Assembly: GCA_963732795.1 (NCBI GenBank)
Contig: CAVTAV010000007.1
Span: forward strand, 18,321-82,320
DNA length: 64,000 bases
Direction of reading: 5' to 3'
DNA from: an uncultured Alphaproteobacteria bacterium
Lineage (GTDB): Bacteria > Pseudomonadota > Alphaproteobacteria > CAVTAV01
The notes beneath the pieces are model-generated. The model was not told where the DNA came from and made no database searches. It saw nothing but the letters and a program-made list of their open reading frames with translations. Of this stretch, positions 59,462-64,000 are shown one piece after another. Position numbers and translations under genes: made by a program. The number at the start of each line of letters is the position of its first letter. Position 1 is the stretch's first letter.

Positions 59462-60166
59462 TCAGATCCGCGTGATCTTGAAGACGGCAGCCGGGGGAAT
59501 GTTGCGGAACACGCGGCCGAGAAAGTGCTCTTCGAGGCCGATGCTCTCCAGCATGGGCTTGGGCAGCGGCGCGCCGAGGCCATAGGTGAACTGATAGAGG
59601 GCCGCGCCCGGCGCCAGCCGCTGAAACACCAGGCGCAGGAGCTGGCGGCGCGTCGGCCAGGGGAAATTGAGGAGCGGCAGCCCGCTGATGGCTGCGCCGA
59701 AGCGCTCGCGGCCGATCTCGCTGTCCTGGAGGGCGCGTTCGGCCGGAGCGTTGACGACGTTGATCCCCGGAAACCGCCGGGTCAGCCGGTCCGCGAAGAC
59801 CGGATCGAGCTCGACGGCCACGACATCCTGCGGCGAAATACCGCGCTGCAGCAGGGCGGCGGTGAAGATCCCGTCGCCGGCGCCGAGTTCCAGAACCGGT
59901 CCCGTGTTGGGGTCGATCTCGGAAGTGATGAGGGCGGCGAGATGCGGGCCGCTCGGCGCGACCGCTCCGACGGTCGCCGGGCTCTTGAGATATTTCAGGA
60001 AGAAGGAGAGGGTCGAGACGGGCTCGAGCTGCGGGTCATCCTTGTCGATCCACCGCCGCCGGCGCTCGGCGCCGAACAGCGGACGCGTCAACGCCGCCAA
60101 TTGCGACCGCATCCGGGCATCGGGCAACGTGGATCGCGCCCAGCTCTTGTCGTCCTGTACGCTCAT
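59462..60166 (-). CDS. Class I SAM-dependent methyltransferase (phospholipid N-methyltransferase / RrnaAD-like)
   Basis: 234 aa. FLKYLKSPATVGAVAPSGPHLA...VLELGAGDGIFTAALLQRG...VVAVELDPVFADRL. Confidence 0.7.
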   Translation of the reverse strand: MSVQDDKSWARSTLPDARMRSQLAALTRPLFGAERRRRWIDKDDPQLEPVSTLSFFLKYLKSPATVGAVAPSGPHLAALITSEIDPNTGPVLELGAGDGIFTAALLQRGISPQDVVAVELDPVFADRLTRRFPGINVVNAPAERALQDSEIGRERFGAAISGLPLLNFPWPTRRQLLRLVFQRLAPGAALYQFTYGLGAPLPKPMLESIGLEEHFLGRVFRNIPPAAVFKITRI

Positions 60167-60278
60167 GTACCCCTGTCTCGGGCCGGCTTCTCACGCGCGG
60201 CCCGGAAAGCATTAAAGTGAGATGACCATACACGGTTATCGCCTGTGAACAAAATGCGGATTTTCGGAGAAGTCCGGG

Positions 60279-60315
60279 CAAAAAGAGAGGGAGCACGTGT
60301 GGTCCGCGTGCTCCC
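60279..60315 (-). terminator. Rho-independent terminator downstream of the TonB-dependent receptor gene
   Basis: The minus strand reads GGGAGCACG-cggaccaca-CGTGCUCCC followed by UCUCUUUUUGCC. That is a perfect 9-bp GC-rich stem, a 9-nt loop and a U-tract. Confidence 0.7.
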
Positions 60316-60413
60316 CCTTGCCCCTTTAGCCCGCTGTATGCAGACGGATTATCGGGGGCGGGCCTCTTTGAAGCGCCGGCAGAGGATTTCCGCGCGGCGC
60401 TCGCCAAAGACCG

Positions 60414-63400
60414 TTACATCCTGAACGTCACGCCCGCCGTAAAGCGCCGTCCCAGGACATCGAACAGCGTCGGATTGTACTGGTTCGAATAGCCCAGGAA
60501 CACGCTGTAGTAAGGCGTGATCGGCGGATCCTGGTCGTTCAGATTTGTTCCGGCGACAAACACTTCGAATGTCTGCCCATTTGCCATCTCGATTTGCTTG
60601 GACAGCCGAAGATCGAGATAGAAGGCCGAGCCGACATGGTTCCTCTCGATGTCCACTCCCTCGACCAAAGCGTTCTCGATCTTGCCGGAACCGATATAGC
60701 GCCCTTGCAGGAAGGCCGTGAAGCCACCATTGCGATAGGTAATGTTACCCGTAGCCTTGAAGTCCGGCAGTGAATAGGCGACGCCATCCGATTCTTGAAT
60801 ACCGGTCTGGCCCGCACGATCGATATTCACGGCACTCCCGATACCTTGGGTGTTCTTACTCAGGAAGCTCGCTAAGAACCGTGCGCCGAGCGTCTCGGCT
60901 TCTCCACCGAAGATCGAAACGTCCCTCGTATAGTCGAGCTCGAGATCGACGCCACTCACAACGGCTTTGGTAATGTTGATGAATTGCGCACCTACCAGAA
61001 TGATGCGATCGGTCGCGGTGTCGCGCGTGATAAACGAGCACAACTCCGTTGCGCCCTGAGCGCAGCCGTCAACGACCGACTGCGGCGAGAGCTGTCCGAT
61101 CTCATCCTTGATCTTGATGTGATACCAATCGACCGACGCGGAAAGCCCCGGAACGAAGTCCGGCCGATACACCGCACCGGCCGTGAACGTGTCGCCGCTT
61201 TCGGGGTTAACGTTCGGATTTCCGCCTGAGAAGATCGTTACGTTTATCGGGCCATCGCCTGGGTAGCGGGGATCGGTAATCGTATTCACGCCGCCCGTCT
61301 TGTCGAATCGTTCGGAAAGGTTCGCGGCGCGCACGTCACGGGAGTACGTGCCACGTAAGCGCAACCCGCCCATGAATTGAACGTCGAGTCCACTTTTATA
61401 AGCCCAGACCGAGCCGCTGCCGGAATACCGCGCCCAGCGACCGGCCAGATTCGCGGCCGCCGATTCGATGATGCCTGTACTTTCCAACAGAGGAATCTGC
61501 GTTTCGGCGAAGAGTTCCTTCACGCTGATCGAACCGATGATGTTCGACACTTTCGAATATTGAATGCCGACCGTGTTTGCACAGTCCGGCGGATTGACAC
61601 CGCGCAGGCCCGGCGCCTCGCCGTCGCAAAGCACGGGGTGGCCGGAGTCATGGTTCGATGACTGATTGGTCGAATCGCGGACGATCTGAAGGACGTGTTC
61701 ACGACGGTAGGATCCGCCGAAGGCCCCCAAAATCGGTCCGGCCCAACCATCGACGATCGTGCCGCTGGCCGATAATTCGGCGACGTGCTGGGTAAGCGTG
61801 GTTCGATTCACCTTGGCCTCTTGGGCGGTATAAGAATCGGTCCGACCGAGCGAGAAGCCCGAACCCGCGAAGTAGAGGGGTGTCGTGATTTGTTCGCCGA
61901 CGTCGTTGCCTACAACATAATCGAGGGCGGCCGCCGAGGCGTTTCCCTGACCGAACAGGTTTATCGGCTCACATCCCGGAAACGCGTTGCCGAACAGCGT
62001 TACGCGGCAAACGGCAGCGCCGGTGGCGGGGTCCACAACCGCGTCGGCGGCGGCGAAGATCCGATCAACCCGAAAGCCGACCTGGTTCCACGTTCTTTTG
62101 TTGTGGCCGTATTGGTAATAGCCATCGACGATCCAGTTATCGAACAATCCGTCGTTATCCACGGTGTATTTGAACCCGCCGGTGATCGAGTCCATCTTGC
62201 TGTCGTCGGTCAAGGTTATGTCCGGGCTGTTGATTTGAGCATGAAGCTTGAACGACTGGATGCCGTTATTGATCATGATCTGGCTGGAGCGAATCCGGGA
62301 GGAATGCGTTGTCCTGGAAGATCGTGACCTGGGTCGGCGTGCCATTCAGCGACCCTCGCGGCGTGTTGTACCGGAAGCTCGAGTCCTCGCCGTGGATGTA
62401 TTGGGTATAGATCTTGAAGTTGGAGCTCACGTCATAGTCCGCGTAGCCGAAGAAGCTTTGACGTGAGAAGTCCGGATATAGGGTTTGCTGGGTCCCGCCA
62501 CCCAAGTCGTCGGCGCTGCCGCCAACACTGCGCGAAGGTGGAACGCCAATGGGGGTGCTGGTTGAAGGGCTTCCCGGTTGAAGAGGCGAGTAGCTGCCGT
62601 CTGGATTGAATTGAAGGCCGTTGATTGGCGTGCCGGGCGCGGAGATCAGTCCGCCGAAGGTTGCGTTGTTGGAAACGACGTGCGGCCGAAGGAGCAACAT
62701 TCCGTTCGAGTCCGGTACAGTGCCCCAGGCCTGATACCAATCCCGGCCGTTGTAGTTGTGGACGCCGTCCTGATGGAAGCGTTCTGCCGAAAGCTGAATA
62801 TGTGCGCGCTCCCCGATGTCGGTGCCAAACGCCGCGGACAGCTTGTAATTTGTGCCATCTCCGCGCGACGTGACGCCGCCCTGAGCGCTGACTTCCATGC
62901 CGGTGTAGTCGGTGTTTAAGATGAAGTTGACGACGCCGGCTACGGCATCCGTGCCATAGGCCGCCGAAGCGCCGCCGGTCACGGTTTCCACCCTGGAAAT
63001 CATAGCTTCGGGGATGACATTGACGTCCACGCCGCCGAAGACTGTCGACGACACGATCCGGCGTCCGTCGAGCAATGTCAGCGTGCGGTTGATTCCGAGG
63101 CCGCGCAGATCGAGGTTTCCGTATCCGCCTCGATTGAACCAGCTGGCGGTCGAATTCGGAGTCTGGCTTTGATAGAATTCCGGCAGCTGGGTGAGGCCTG
63201 AGACCACCGTGTCGGGCGCCATCGCCTTGAGCTGATCTGCCGGGACCGACGTTACAGGAACCGGACTTTCCATGCCGGGTTGCTGGATGCGCGACCCAGT
63301 GATCGTGATCACGTTGACAGGCTCATTGCTGGCGGTCTGATCCTCGGCCGCACTTGCCGCGGCCATGCCGACCGCCATCGCGGCAACGCAGGCGCTGCTG

Positions 63401-63474
63401 AGCATCAAGCTCCGAATGACAGTTTGCCGGCTCGTTCGCCGGTCTACGGTCGAGGCTCGAAACGTATTTTCCAT
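60414..63474 (-). pseudogene. TonB-dependent receptor, frame-disrupted near 62300
   Basis: N-terminal ORF 62266..63597, with the start set at ATG 63474 (MENTFRAS...signal...AAEDQ). Plug motifs ITITGSRIQQP, LDLRGLGINRTLTLLDGRR, VETVTGGASAAYGTDAVAGVVNF. Barrel ORF 60414..62345 ends ...GRRFTAGVTFRM, a typical C-terminal aromatic-x strand. Confidence 0.85.
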
Positions 63475-63926
63475 GGATGTTCCCCCAAAGAGAAGAGTGT
63501 CAATTTGGCTGGATTCTATCTGCGCGGAAGAAGGGCCAGCCCTTGCCTCTCCGGCGACGCGGCAGTCCCGACCCGCTGTTCGTGCATCGGCCGGCATCCC
63601 TCCGCATCGCTGCTCCGCGTTCTTCTGGTCGTCGAAGAACCATGGCGGCGTGAATCAACACAGACCTTTGGCCGCAACGCGCCGAAAAGCGCCCTGCGGC
63701 GGTAAACGCCATTACCGTCAAAGTCCTCCGGAGATATCCATCCCGATTGATCCGCGGTACGTCCAGCCCACGAGATACGGAACGAACGCCTCCAGCCCAA
63801 CAGACGAATTTGATCTGGAAATGCGAACTATTATTCAATTTTGGTCCGAAGCCGCCCCCGCCGATTCGGGCCGTCGCGGGCCTTCGGTCGCGGCTCTAGG
63901 TCGCCGTCTTCAGTCCGAAAATCCGC

Positions 63927-63975
63927 GGAAATTCGCACTGCATAACCAAAATGCGAATTTCCATTCGCTTTTTTC
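63927..63975 (+). promoter_or_regulatory. Perfect 11-bp inverted repeat overlapping a small hairpin + T-tract (operator or leader/terminator candidate)
   Basis: GGAAATTCGCA (63927-63937), 14 nt, then TGCGAATTTCC (63952-63962). Overlapping it is GCGAAT-ttcc-ATTCGC followed by TTTTTT (63953-63975). Confidence 0.35.
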
Positions 63976-64000
63976 GGCAAGGGTCGTTTAAACTGCGGTC

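Noticed and set aside
52726-60400. A search for a PEP mutase, radical-SAM methyltransferase or citrate-synthase-like gene flanking the phosphonate operon.
   Set aside because: None was found. All ORFs of meaningful size in the flanks are accounted for: MFS, nucleotidyltransferase, threonine aldolase and a class I methyltransferase that looks like a phospholipid or rRNA-type enzyme. The absence is reported as a caveat, not a feature.
63475-63800. A possible cobalamin, TPP or other riboswitch in the TonB-dependent receptor leader.
   Set aside because: I read the minus strand and found no B12-box (GCCACUG-like) and no TPP (CUGAGA...ACCUGAU) signature. Only weak local hairpins are present.
1-64000. 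Mobile genetic elements (IS elements, integrases, phage genes, toxin-antitoxin pairs).
   Set aside because: No transposase, integrase or recombinase motifs were recognised in any frame. The AbrB/MazE-fold gene at 20349 is followed by an ABC exporter rather than a toxin.

Overview
High-GC, Rhizobiales-like chromosomal segment (taxonomy is inferred from composition, gene families and a REP-like repeat). About 60 genes are tightly packed. I saw no rRNA or tRNA genes, CRISPR arrays, transposases or integrases.

Layout:
- 1-9.3 kb: a lower-GC exopolysaccharide block. It holds an EpsG-like tyrosine kinase that runs off the window start, a Wzz/EpsF-like chain-length determinant, a GMC oxidoreductase, a secreted beta-helix protein, a Wzx-type flippase and an outer-membrane beta-barrel.
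- 9.5-50 kb: mixed housekeeping and catabolic genes. These include a DUF3604 + PPIase pair, a UPF0210 + ACT pair, an APC permease, a carboxylesterase, an AbrB-like gene with an ABC-2 exporter, a BCCT transporter, a cluster of P450, SDR, ABM (antibiotic-biosynthesis monooxygenase family), GMC and MBL genes, tandem GSTs, a DmeF-like CDF exporter, PhzF, a GT2 + sulfotransferase pair, PrpD-family, gentisate dioxygenase + FAH, and a FadB-like enzyme.
- 50-64 kb: a Lys/Ala-rich histone-H1-like gene, an OFA-type MFS transporter, a phosphonate operon, threonine aldolase, a methyltransferase and a TonB-dependent receptor.

Main observations:
1. A five-gene, translationally coupled minus-strand operon at 52726-56965. 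It encodes an HppE (fosfomycin epoxidase)-like protein, a FomA-like amino-acid-kinase-family kinase, a P-loop kinase, a phosphonoacetaldehyde-reductase-like Fe-ADH and a phosphonopyruvate decarboxylase. No PEP mutase or C-methylation enzyme is in the window.
2. A clear fluoride riboswitch at 32945-32993 upstream of crcB and a DUF190 gene. Its apparent Shine-Dalgarno sequence serves a 20-codon uORF rather than the crcB ATG.
3. About 20 genes are broken by single-base frame shifts, and one by an in-frame TAG. From sequence alone I cannot tell assembly indel error from real pseudogenisation.
4. Two inverted copies of a nested-palindrome REP-like element, plus several candidate operator palindromes.

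All frameshift junction coordinates are approximate and were found by eye.
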